DNA of 64,000 nt from an uncultured Planctomycetota bacterium (lineage in GTDB: Bacteria > Planctomycetota > JBBTDB01), in NCBI GenBank assembly GCA_964530615.1, contig CAZHAR010000001.1:12420-76419 (forward strand), in the 5' to 3' direction. A model generated the notes under the pieces. The model was not told the origin of the DNA. It did not search any database and worked only from the letters and a program-made list of their open reading frames with translations. Below, in pieces: positions 48,639 through 57,864 of this stretch. The number at the start of each line of letters is the position of its first letter. Position 1 is the stretch's first letter. Both the position numbers and the translations under genes were made by a program.

Positions 48639-51600
48639 ATGACGAGGTTTGAGTTGTCTGATCAAAAAAATCCTCCAGAAAAAAACTCATTTCCTATTCC
48701 TCCTCCAACGGAACCTTATCTGGTTTTTCCGAAAGCGCCATCGGAAGGAAACTCGCCTGAAAGTTTGCCTCCTGAAGTGATTGCACCCACGCAAAAAAAT
48801 ATTCTTCGTCCCGAATTTTATGCAAAACTTTCTAGTTCTCATCGCCAAGACGAAGATTCTGAAAAAAAAGAATTTTTAGAAACAAAAAAAGATTTTTCAG
48901 AAACCGGTAAATTTCCTGTTTTACCATTCATTCAAGGCGCGAGAACTTTAATTTCTTCGCTAGGAGGCGGGACACGAAAGAATACTTCCGAGAAACAATC
49001 CGATCAAACCGATACTTCGTTGTTACCCCTTCCAACGCTTCCAAACTCAAGATTATTTGGGCCCTATGAAATTGTCGCGGAAATCGCGCGGACGCCCATC
49101 GGAAACTCTTATAAGGCCAGACATATTGCTCAGGATCGGATCTATATTCTCAAAATTCTGACTTCGGAAGAAAGCCAAACGCAGAAACTTGAAGAGCGCC
49201 TGAAAACCACCCGAAAATTGGTACATCCGCGGATCGTAAATTACTCTGATTTTGGAAATATTCAGGGTCTATTTTACATGGCATCGGAATTTATTGAGGG
49301 CGAAACGTTAAAAAAACGGATGGAAAAATATATCTCGATTCGGGAATCTCTTCACATTATTCATCAAGTTCTTGTGGTTTTGGAATATGCTCACCAACAA
49401 GGAGTGACGCATGGCTCTCTAAGTCCAACAAGTATCTTTTTGACTAAAGACGATACCATTCGAGTCTTGGATTTTGCTATTCCACTGGTGATTAACCCCG
49501 TATTAAAAGGATTTCCTCTCATCGAAGCGGGCTACGGAGCTTTGTATTATCGTGATCCAAGAATTATTCAACAACAAAAAGAGCCCGATTTTTCTGCAGA
49601 TATTTATTCTGTAGGGTGCCTCCTCTATGAACTACTGACAGAAAAAAAAGCCATCGCTGGAGAATCTGTCGACGCCCTGCTCTCGTCTGCCCAGAAAAAT
49701 TTTCCGCTTCTGCTTCTTGGCAAAGACGCTCCTCCGGGGTTACAAATGATTTTGACAAGAGCGACCCATCCTCTGCTCAATAGGCGATATTCTACACTTC
49801 GACGCTTTATGCAAGATGTGGACAATTTTTTAAATTTCCGCCCTCTCCTTGCGAACGATTCCCCCTTAAGAAAAATTTTTCCGCACCTCTCTCCACTTCA
49901 TATTCTCCTGCTCTCGTTTCTGTTCCTTATTTTTTTGGTAGGAGTCTTGGCGGTTCCATTTTTTTCTTATCTTCGATCTCTCAAAAGTAAGATGGAGCTA
50001 CAAGAACAAACCCTTCAGCACCAAGAAGAACAGAAACAGAAAACGAAACTGTTATTGGCGCAAGCGTTCCAAGAAAAAGCGGCTTGGATCCAACAAAAAC
50101 AACCCACTATCGCTGGCCTCTTGGCCGCCCAATCCCACGAAATACTTCCGACTTTACCGGCTCAAACCTTGCTTTCTGAACTTTATTTCCAAATACATCC
50201 GTTTGCTTCGCCGTATTTACCCGCATTCGCAGAAAAGCAACAGATCGTTCTGACTCCAGAAGAGAAATTAATGACCCTCGATTCCGTACAAGGGTTGCAA
50301 GAGTGGGATTTGCCACCTTCTCTTTTTTGCAAAAAACGGGTTCCGATCTCGGCTTCTTTTCCGCATTCCAATCAAAGCGGAATTCTTTTCAGCACTCCTC
50401 TTTTTCTTTACTGTGCTTTAAATAAGGAGGTTCGGCAATATTCATGGGAATCCTTTCAGCGAAGCCAAACTTTTTTTCAAGAGTCTCCCGTTTCAGCAAT
50501 TTGTTTGTCGAAATTGTTTCTTTTTGTAGGAACCCGGGATGGAACGCTGACTCAATGGGAGCTTTCTACGGGAAAACCGATCAAAACAATTCCTGTAGGG
50601 AAAGAAGCGATTTCGGTTCTGGCTTTTTGGGAGGCGCGAAAGATTCTGTTTATTGCCTCAGGAGATCAACTGATTTCGATCCCGATAGAAAATCCGATTT
50701 CCTTACAAAATCTTTCCCCTCATCGTGAAGCCATTACGCAACTTTATGTGAGTGAACCGCTTCAACTTCTTTTTAGTTCTAGCCTCGATCGTCGCATTCA
50801 AGCGCTCGATTTGAATACAGGGAATATTCTTCATACCTTTATTGGACACCAAGGCGGAGTGATGTCGTTTCAGATCGATCCGGCCCAAAATCGCTTATAC
50901 TCTATTTCTAATGTGGGCGAACTGTTCGTCTGGAATTTGGCCCCTAAAATTCAATCAGAACGTCCGGAACGCTCAATAACACTCAAAGAAAAAAGCCTCT
51001 CCGCTATTTTCCTTTCTCCTAAAAATAGGGCGCTTGTCCTGAATACCAATAATTCCGTTTATTTTTTGAATCCGCAAACGCTAGAAGAAACCTCTCGTCT
51101 TTTTGGATTTCATTATGGGTTCCCTTTAAAATTGGCGACGGATCAAGAGCAGAACACTCTCTATCTAGGAGATTCTAGTGGAACCCTCACCTCTTGGGAT
51201 CTGACAACTAGGGCCCCTAAAGATTATTTTGAAGCTGGAAATCAACCTATTTCCGCACTTTTTTTTGATTCTTCCCAAAAATGCCTCTGGGCAGGAAACT
51301 CGAGTGGAATGATTTATAAGTGGACCCCCTCCCATTCACAAGAACAGATTTCTTTTAAAGAACATTCTCAGGAAATTGTCGATCTGCTTGTTTCTGAAAA
51401 CACCCTTTATTCTTCCAGCTTTCCTGGAAAATTGATTTGTTCCGATCTGTCCGCAAGTGCTCCTAAAAACGTATGGGAGCGTCCATCCGCAACCTCTCTT
51501 TTTCTGGATCATCAACTGTGGGCAGGCAGTTTTGAGGGAACTCTTTGGTGCTATCATGCCAAAACAGGTCAAATTTTAGGTCGATGGGAGTTTGGAAAGC

Positions 51601-52010
51601 GACCCCTAAAAATAGGGTTGCTTTCTTCGGATTTTTTATATGGGACTACAGAAAATCGTTTCATTCTCTGGGATATCAAGACCAAAAAGATTAGTTTTGA
51701 AACCGAAGTGACAGAACCGATTCTATCGGTCAGTGCTTCTGAAGAATTTATTTTCCTCGGAACCGCTGAACATCTTTTGATGTTTAACCGACAGGATTGC
51801 TCCCTTTTCCGTATTCTGTCCTCACCTCACCCGCTTCGACAAATACAATATCTTCCTAAACAAAAATCGCTTTTGGTGAATTTTTCAGGAGTAGGGCCCT
51901 TACTTTGGGAAAATGATTTTCTTCAGAAAGCGGAGTGGCTTTCGCTTTCTTATTGGGAAAAATGTTCTCAATCTAAGATTTCCGGTTTTGATGTGGTTCC
52001 TTCCAAATAA
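48639..52010 (+). CDS. Membrane-anchored Ser/Thr-kinase-like protein, probable pseudokinase, fused to WD40/beta-propeller repeats
   Basis: Kinase fold but HRD is replaced by HGS (GVTHGSLSPTSIFL), DFG by DFA, and the Gly-loop is degenerate. TM helix (ILLLSFLFLIFLVGVLAV). More than seven WD-like repeats at the C-terminus. Confidence 0.65.
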   Translation: MTRFELSDQKNPPEKNSFPIPPPTEPYLVFPKAPSEGNSPESLPPEVIAPTQKNILRPEFYAKLSSSHRQDEDSEKKEFLETKKDFSETGKFPVLPFIQGARTLISSLGGGTRKNTSEKQSDQTDTSLLPLPTLPNSRLFGPYEIVAEIARTPIGNSYKARHIAQDRIYILKILTSEESQTQKLEERLKTTRKLVHPRIVNYSDFGNIQGLFYMASEFIEGETLKKRMEKYISIRESLHIIHQVLVVLEYAHQQGVTHGSLSPTSIFLTKDDTIRVLDFAIPLVINPVLKGFPLIEAGYGALYYRDPRIIQQQKEPDFSADIYSVGCLLYELLTEKKAIAGESVDALLSSAQKNFPLLLLGKDAPPGLQMILTRATHPLLNRRYSTLRRFMQDVDNFLNFRPLLANDSPLRKIFPHLSPLHILLLSFLFLIFLVGVLAVPFFSYLRSLKSKMELQEQTLQHQEEQKQKTKLLLAQAFQEKAAWIQQKQPTIAGLLAAQSHEILPTLPAQTLLSELYFQIHPFASPYLPAFAEKQQIVLTPEEKLMTLDSVQGLQEWDLPPSLFCKKRVPISASFPHSNQSGILFSTPLFLYCALNKEVRQYSWESFQRSQTFFQESPVSAICLSKLFLFVGTRDGTLTQWELSTGKPIKTIPVGKEAISVLAFWEARKILFIASGDQLISIPIENPISLQNLSPHREAITQLYVSEPLQLLFSSSLDRRIQALDLNTGNILHTFIGHQGGVMSFQIDPAQNRLYSISNVGELFVWNLAPKIQSERPERSITLKEKSLSAIFLSPKNRALVLNTNNSVYFLNPQTLEETSRLFGFHYGFPLKLATDQEQNTLYLGDSSGTLTSWDLTTRAPKDYFEAGNQPISALFFDSSQKCLWAGNSSGMIYKWTPSHSQEQISFKEHSQEIVDLLVSENTLYSSSFPGKLICSDLSASAPKNVWERPSATSLFLDHQLWAGSFEGTLWCYHAKTGQILGRWEFGKRPLKIGLLSSDFLYGTTENRFILWDIKTKKISFETEVTEPILSVSASEEFIFLGTAEHLLMFNRQDCSLFRILSSPHPLRQIQYLPKQKSLLVNFSGVGPLLWENDFLQKAEWLSLSYWEKCSQSKISGFDVVPSK

Positions 52011-52025
52011 GACAGGATTTGATCT

Positions 52026-53390
52026 TTGAAAAAAATAGCTATTTTGGGGGCGGGGATCTCAGGACTTGCGCTCACGTACTTATTAAAACAATATAATCAA
52101 AAACAATCTAATTCTTGGCAAATCGACCTTTTTGAAGCAAAACCTCGTGCCGGAGGGGTGATTCAAAGCGAACGACTTTCTGGATATCTCTGTGAAGCGG
52201 GGCCGAATGGTTTTCTCGACAATGAACCCACCACACTTCAACTCATTCATTTGTTAAATTTGCAATCCCGTTTGACCCCTGCCAGTTCAAAAAGTCGATC
52301 TCGCTTTATCGTTAAAAACAAACGACTGATTGCAGTTCCGATGGGTCCACTCCCTTTTTTGGAATCCTCATTATTACCGCCTTGGAGCAAATTGCGCCTT
52401 TTTTTTGAACCGTGGATTCCCTCAAAAAAGAAAGGACAAGAGGAATCTATTGAATCTTTCGCCTGTCGTCGATTGGGTCGAGAGGTGGCTCGATGGATTC
52501 TTGATCCGGTCGTCGCTGGAATTTACGCGGGGGATATCAAAAAGTTGTCTATGCCTGCGAGCTTCCCCAAAATTGCTCAGATGGAAGAGGATTACGGGAG
52601 CGTCGTTCGAGGATTGATCGCCAGCAGAAAAAAAACGCCCAAACAGGAACCTCCGCGATTGCATACTTTTCTAGAAGGAATGCAAGAACTTCCGCGCCGG
52701 TTAGAAGCGGAGCTTTCGACGGAAATTCATTGTGCTGAACCTGTTGAACATTGTCATTGGAATGCTCAGGAAGTGATCCTCAAAACAACTCATCGTCGAG
52801 AGAGTTATGATCTCGTGGTGTTCGCGGTTCCTTCCTATGTTGCGAGTTCCCTTTTAGGTTCTCAATTTCCGGAAATTGCCACGATTCTGGCTCAAATTCG
52901 TTACGCGCCGATTTTCACTCTCTGTCATGGATACCCGAATCACGCGAGCGCCCTGTGCCGTCAAGGGTTTGGGCAATTAAATCCGACCCGTGAAAATCTT
53001 CATTCTCTGGGAACCTTATGGAGCAGTTCAATATTCCCTAGTCAGGCCCCTGACGGTTTTTTTCTATTGAGAACACTTTTTGGAGGGGACCGCCCGGGAG
53101 CCCTTTTTCAATATCCAGAAGGGCTAAAATTGGGGCTAAAAGAAACACAAAAACTTCTGAGAATTCAAACTCCTCCTGATTTTTCTCGGGAATATCGGAT
53201 AGAAAAAGCCATCGCTCAATACGAAGTTGGGCACCTCCAGAAACTAAAGAAATTGACCGAATGGGAAAAACAAGTCCCACGGATTTTCTTTACCGGAAGC
53301 GCTTATCGTGGGGTTTCAATTAACTCTTGTATTAAAGACGCCTTTGAAATAGCCCAAAAAATCCAGCAACAATTTTTGCTAAACCCCTGA
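52026..53390 (+). CDS. Protoporphyrinogen/coproporphyrinogen oxidase (HemY/CgoX, flavin amine-oxidase family)
   Basis: N-terminal FAD dinucleotide-binding motif IAILGAGISGLALTYLL. Amine-oxidase-like body. C-terminal FTGSAYRGVSINSCI. TTG start. Confidence 0.65.
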   Translation: MKKIAILGAGISGLALTYLLKQYNQKQSNSWQIDLFEAKPRAGGVIQSERLSGYLCEAGPNGFLDNEPTTLQLIHLLNLQSRLTPASSKSRSRFIVKNKRLIAVPMGPLPFLESSLLPPWSKLRLFFEPWIPSKKKGQEESIESFACRRLGREVARWILDPVVAGIYAGDIKKLSMPASFPKIAQMEEDYGSVVRGLIASRKKTPKQEPPRLHTFLEGMQELPRRLEAELSTEIHCAEPVEHCHWNAQEVILKTTHRRESYDLVVFAVPSYVASSLLGSQFPEIATILAQIRYAPIFTLCHGYPNHASALCRQGFGQLNPTRENLHSLGTLWSSSIFPSQAPDGFFLLRTLFGGDRPGALFQYPEGLKLGLKETQKLLRIQTPPDFSREYRIEKAIAQYEVGHLQKLKKLTEWEKQVPRIFFTGSAYRGVSINSCIKDAFEIAQKIQQQFLLNP

Positions 53391-53504
53391 GTTTGTCTTT
53401 GGGAATCCCATAGTTTTCTCTTGGAGAAAGTAGATTCTTTTGCTAAAATAACCTTTTGTTAAAAATCCATTTTTGTTGAAACTGGTTTAGGGACAAAAAT
53501 TAAC

Positions 53505-53951
53505 ATGAGAACGCTACAATATCTTTATTTTCTCTGTTTGGGATTCTGGCTCATCTCGTGTGAGGAGCCTTTTGAACATCAAAAATATCAGACGGAATAC
53601 GCGGAAGACACCAAAATTAATATTTCACAAATCATTGGGCCCAATGGTCCTGTGGGATTTATTCATGAATGGGCGGTTGTTCGAGATGAAAGTACTCGCG
53701 AAGTGTATCGTGTGTACGATGTCAATGAAGTGGAACGAGGTTTTATGTTGGAAGAAGGGGCCACCTACCAATACGATAAATTTGGAGGCAACCCCGTTTA
53801 TTTGAACCAATACAATTTGGAAGAAGGATCTCGCCATATTCTCAATATCAAAGAAAAAGTTCGTCTGGTTCGCCCAACACCAGAACTTTGGAAACCTAAA
53901 GCGGAAATAAAATCGAAAAAGAAGAAAGCAGAAACCGCTGAAGAAGAATAA
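53505..53951 (+). CDS. Lipoprotein, hypothetical
   Basis: Lipobox WLISCEE. C-terminal Lys/Glu-rich tail. Confidence 0.4.
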   Translation: MRTLQYLYFLCLGFWLISCEEPFEHQKYQTEYAEDTKINISQIIGPNGPVGFIHEWAVVRDESTREVYRVYDVNEVERGFMLEEGATYQYDKFGGNPVYLNQYNLEEGSRHILNIKEKVRLVRPTPELWKPKAEIKSKKKKAETAEEE

Positions 53952-53956
53952 CTAAA

Positions 53957-53993
53957 AGGGGAACCTCTTGATTAAGGTTTCCCGATTTTTTTT
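53957..53993 (+). terminator. Probable rho-independent terminator (imperfect stem)
   Basis: ggggaacct-cttgattaa-aggtttccc followed by T8. One unpaired base in the stem. Confidence 0.45.
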
Positions 53994-54097
53994 CCAGTTT
54001 GCTGAAAAGGATTACTTCTTCTCCAACCCCCAGTGCTAGTGTTAGTGGCAAAAAATATCCCTTCTGACTCTATGTTACTTAGAAATATTGATTACTT

Positions 54098-55480
54098 GTG
54101 TCTCTTTTTGATTTTATTAAAAAGCCATTGCCTCCGCCAACAGAACAAACTGAAGAAACCCAGACAAAAATCAACCGACTGGAAACACAACTTCGTTTAA
54201 AAGAGAATAGTTTGAAAGCATCTACGCAAAAGATTTCGATGCTCTCAAATTTAATTGAAGCCAGCAAGAACATTAACTCGGTTCTCGATTTGTCTCAACT
54301 TCTGACGATCATTATCGAATTTTCTCAGCGTATTATGAATGCAGATGCGGGTAGTCTAATGCTCGTGGATGATAAATCGAAAGAACTGGTTTTTGAGGTG
54401 GCGCTTGGGGATGTTGGAGAAAATTTAAAGAAACAAATTCGTTTGCCAATGGGCCAAGGAATTGCGGGTTGGGTTGCACAAGCGGGTGAGCCGCTCAATA
54501 TTGAAGATGTCTATGAAGATTCACGTTTTTGTCGAGATTACGATATAAAAACAGGATATCGTACGAAATCGATGCTATGCGTTCCATTGAAAGTGAACGA
54601 GAAAGTCATCGGAGTGGGGCAGGTCATTAATAAGGTCGATGGATCTTCTTTTTCTAAAGAAGATTTAGAAATGTTTTCGATCTTTTGTTCTTTAACCGCG
54701 GTCGCTATTGAAAAAGCTCGGATGCATGAAGCGATCCTGGAAAATGAAAAAATGACTCGTGAACTGGAATATGCCAAGACTATTCAACAAAGTTTTCTGA
54801 CGCATCAATTCCCTTCCAATGAACACATTTCTTTTGGGGCTCAAAATATTTCGGCAAAACATGTAGGGGGTGACTTATATGAAGCCTTCTCTCTGCCCAA
54901 TAATCGGGTGGGTGTTGTGATTGGAGATGTTTCGGGAAAAGGAATCTCTGCGGCTCTTTATATGGCACGATTCATTAGCGATTTTCGATTTCTTGCGGAA
55001 CTTCAACCGACGGTCGACGAGGTCTTGGTTCGAACGAATAATGTTCTCTGCGAACGCAGTTTACAAGGGATGTTTATCACCTTATGCTATCTTTGTTTTG
55101 ATTTAGAGAACAATAAATTATATATTGGAAATGGGGGACACCTCCCACCAATTACGTACGATCCCCTACAAAAAAAAGCCTTTCCTTTAAAAAATATTTC
55201 CGGCCCTCCGTTAGGAATGATTCCTAATATGAAATATGGTGTTCAAACTTATGATTTGATGCCCGGTCAACATTTTGTACTCTATACCGATGGAATTATT
55301 GAAGCGCGTAATAGACAAAAAGAGGAATTTTCTTTAGACCGGCTGATTCAGGAAGTGGAATCTCACGAAAAATTGACTTCTGAAGAACTGGTCACACATA
55401 TTATTAAAGAAGTTCAGAAATATTCTTCGGGTGTTAGTCAACATGATGATTTGACCGTGGTTGCTATCAAGATGGCTTAA
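54098..55480 (+). CDS. GAF-domain sensor fused to PP2C-type phosphatase (RsbU/RsbP-like)
   Basis: N-terminal coiled coil. GAF (DAGSLMLVDD...GIAGWVAQAGEPLNIEDVY). PP2C (GDLYEAF...GVVIGDVSGKGISAALYM...DDLTVVAIK). GTG start. Confidence 0.8.
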   Translation: MSLFDFIKKPLPPPTEQTEETQTKINRLETQLRLKENSLKASTQKISMLSNLIEASKNINSVLDLSQLLTIIIEFSQRIMNADAGSLMLVDDKSKELVFEVALGDVGENLKKQIRLPMGQGIAGWVAQAGEPLNIEDVYEDSRFCRDYDIKTGYRTKSMLCVPLKVNEKVIGVGQVINKVDGSSFSKEDLEMFSIFCSLTAVAIEKARMHEAILENEKMTRELEYAKTIQQSFLTHQFPSNEHISFGAQNISAKHVGGDLYEAFSLPNNRVGVVIGDVSGKGISAALYMARFISDFRFLAELQPTVDEVLVRTNNVLCERSLQGMFITLCYLCFDLENNKLYIGNGGHLPPITYDPLQKKAFPLKNISGPPLGMIPNMKYGVQTYDLMPGQHFVLYTDGIIEARNRQKEEFSLDRLIQEVESHEKLTSEELVTHIIKEVQKYSSGVSQHDDLTVVAIKMA

Positions 55481-55486
55481 TTTTTT

Positions 55487-55945
55487 ATGAACAAACAAGC
55501 CGATAAAATTACTGAAAATACCATTGAATTGGCTTTTTCGAGCAATCCTAAATTTATGAAATTGCTTCGGCAAAGTATCGAATTTGCTTGTCTCGATATG
55601 GGAATAACCGACTTCAAACCCATTATTTTTGCGATTGATGAAGCTTGTACCAATATTATTCGTCATGCCTATAAAATGGATTTTAGTCAAAAAATTGCAG
55701 TGCTTATTCAATGGATCCCTAAAGAAAAAATCGATTTTTTTCTCTGTGATTTCGCAGAAAAAGTGGATTTAAATCAAATCAAACCTCGTGATTTGAACGA
55801 AATCCGTCCCGGACAAATGGGGGTCAGCATCTATCATGAAGTGATGGATGAAGTGGAATGGATTCAAAGTAGTGAGGTTGGAAACACTCTTCATTTTGTT
55901 AAATATTTTCAAAGTCCAAAACAGAAAAAGGATAATGCTTCATGA
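55487..55945 (+). CDS. Anti-sigma regulatory factor / serine-protein kinase (RsbW/SpoIIAB-like GHKL ATPase)
   Basis: IFAIDEACTNIIRHAY N-box-like motif in a 152-aa protein. 6 nt after the phosphatase gene. Confidence 0.7.
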   Translation: MNKQADKITENTIELAFSSNPKFMKLLRQSIEFACLDMGITDFKPIIFAIDEACTNIIRHAYKMDFSQKIAVLIQWIPKEKIDFFLCDFAEKVDLNQIKPRDLNEIRPGQMGVSIYHEVMDEVEWIQSSEVGNTLHFVKYFQSPKQKKDNAS

Positions 55946-56277
55946 GCCTTGAAATTAAAAGTCGGCACATTGGATCCGCTGTTGTCGTAGACATCGAAGG
56001 GGAAGTGGATATGAATGTCTCCCCAAAGGTGCGCACCGTGTTGGTCGGGCTCACCGATAAAAAAACAGCTAAAATTATCGTGAGCCTGAAAAATGTACCC
56101 TATATTGATAGCTCAGGGTTGGCCACTTTAGTGGAATGCCTTCAGGGTGTGGGTCGCTATAAGGGAAAATTACATTTAATCGGAATTAACGATGATATTA
56201 AAGATGTCTTTCAGTTAGCTCGTCTTTATGATGTTTTTGATATCTGTCCGGATGAAGCCACCGCTTTAGCCAAATAA
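55942..56277 (+). CDS. Anti-sigma-factor antagonist (STAS domain, RsbV/SpoIIAA-like)
   Basis: STAS fold with the conserved phosphorylatable Ser context (YIDSSGLATLVE). 4-nt overlap with the upstream kinase gene. Confidence 0.75.
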   Translation: MSLEIKSRHIGSAVVVDIEGEVDMNVSPKVRTVLVGLTDKKTAKIIVSLKNVPYIDSSGLATLVECLQGVGRYKGKLHLIGINDDIKDVFQLARLYDVFDICPDEATALAK

Positions 56278-56299
56278 TTCTCTTCTTGATTGCCTTCTT

Positions 56300-57088
56300 A
56301 TGATCGATTTTCCTTCTTCTTTACACTCTATTTTCCAGGAAATTTTTCAAACCGGAGACTTTGCTTGGAAAAAAGGATGGGTCGAAGGAGCCGCTGGAAA
56401 CTTATCGATCCACCTTCCTCACTATTCTCATTTGGGTTCTTTTTCTAAAATTGCCCCGCTTCCAGCCCCCTACCCCCGGTTACAAAATCAATATTTTCTT
56501 GTGTCCGCGAGTGGACAGAGATTTAGAGAATTTGGGCTCGATCCTGCAACGACTTTGGGTATTTTTAAAATTCTTGATAATGGAACCCATTATGGGATTT
56601 GTTGGGGATTTGAGAACACGCGTCCGACCTCGGAACTCAGTTCTCATTTAGCGATCCACGAACTAAGACAATTTCGAGAACCTATTGGCGCAGTGCTTCA
56701 TGTTCACGCGACCCATTTAATTTTAATCGCTTCTTATGAAAATTGTCGAACCGCGGAACAACTCTCGACGGTCTTGTGCCATCAGCATACCGAAGTCGAT
56801 CTCTATTTAAAAAAAGGAGTCGGCTATGTCGGCTTTGAGGTCCCCGGCAGTATCCAATTGGCCCATAAATCCCTAGACTCATTTTCTCAATATGATCTCG
56901 CTATTTGGGAAGGACATGGCGCTGTTTCGGTTGGAAATAGCCTAAAACAAGCCTATGACCGAATGGAAGTAGCCGACAAGCAAGCGGAGCTTTTCTTGAA
57001 AGCGGAACATTCCGGCTTGCCCCGTCGCAAACTGTCCCCTTACTTTCGCCAAGAAATAAGAAAAGCCCTCTTCGGCGACCCTTTTTAA
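56300..57088 (+). CDS. Class II aldolase/adducin-family protein (MtnB / fuculose-phosphate aldolase-like)
   Basis: AAGNLSIH N-terminal motif and HVHATH metal-binding histidines. Confidence 0.55.
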   Translation: MIDFPSSLHSIFQEIFQTGDFAWKKGWVEGAAGNLSIHLPHYSHLGSFSKIAPLPAPYPRLQNQYFLVSASGQRFREFGLDPATTLGIFKILDNGTHYGICWGFENTRPTSELSSHLAIHELRQFREPIGAVLHVHATHLILIASYENCRTAEQLSTVLCHQHTEVDLYLKKGVGYVGFEVPGSIQLAHKSLDSFSQYDLAIWEGHGAVSVGNSLKQAYDRMEVADKQAELFLKAEHSGLPRRKLSPYFRQEIRKALFGDPF

Positions 57089-57105
57089 GATTGTCCCCGA
57101 AAGAC

Positions 57106-57143
57106 TCCACCCCCTTGATCCCCCGCCAGCGGGGGACATTAGG
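57106..57143. repeat. REP-like GC-rich hairpin element (third copy of the 10764-10850 unit)
   Basis: ctccacccccttgatcccccgccagcgggggacattagg is the exact reverse complement of 10764-10802. It sits between convergent genes and is a likely bidirectional terminator. Confidence 0.8.
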
Positions 57144-57147
57144 CTCT

Positions 57148-57840
57148 TCAAAGCGGAGATTCATCGGGTATCCTGTTCTCTTGATTAGGAGTATGGAAGG
57201 TTCCAAAGAGATAATCGCAGAAGGGGTAGGTAATATTGAAGTGATACCGATTCATTAACCTTGTGTCATGGTGAACCGTATGGTGTTGTCTTAAGCGAGC
57301 CATGAACGGGAGCTTTCCTGCCCAGGAATCTTCTCGTAAATGATAACAAAAATGGAGCCACTCATAATTGAGATAATAGCCCAAAGCCGTCAGGACAAAA
57401 AGATATCCGGTATTGGCACTCAAATAATAATAGAGTAAAAAACCCACAGGCAACGCAAAAAAGCCAAAAAAGAAGACAATCAAAATCGGAGGGAAAAGCA
57501 CCATCTTATAATCTTGAGTGCCTTCATAAGACATGGATTCATGGGTAAAAAAATGATGATGTTCCAGTGTATGCCTTCGAAAAATCAAGGATAAAAAGCG
57601 CTTTTTGTGATGCATTGGGCCTTTGTGGGCCAGATATTCCACAAGATTGGCGTACAAAAAAGTGATTGGAACGACCAACAGTTCTTTTCCGGAGACATCC
57701 TGAATGGCCAGAAGGCTCATCAGGATTCCCGTGATTCCAAAAGCATTGATAAATCCGAAATGCAACAGCCCTGAATAATATTTTGAGAACTGTTGCTCTC
57801 GATGGTGTTGCCTAAAATTAGAAACGGTTGAAGGAATCAT
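57148..57840 (-). CDS. Fatty acid hydroxylase / sterol desaturase superfamily membrane protein
   Basis: Histidine boxes HKGPMHH, HTLEHHHF and HHTVHHD in a polytopic membrane protein. Confidence 0.65.
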   Translation of the reverse strand: MIPSTVSNFRQHHREQQFSKYYSGLLHFGFINAFGITGILMSLLAIQDVSGKELLVVPITFLYANLVEYLAHKGPMHHKKRFLSLIFRRHTLEHHHFFTHESMSYEGTQDYKMVLFPPILIVFFFGFFALPVGFLLYYYLSANTGYLFVLTALGYYLNYEWLHFCYHLREDSWAGKLPFMARLRQHHTVHHDTRLMNRYHFNITYPFCDYLFGTFHTPNQENRIPDESPL

Positions 57841-57864
57841 AGCTTTAAACGTGGAAAAAAAAGG

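Noticed and set aside
56901-57206. Track ORF 56901..57206 (−) spanning the REP hairpin
   Set aside because: It overlaps the class II aldolase gene's 3' end and reads through a GC-rich palindrome. It is not a gene.
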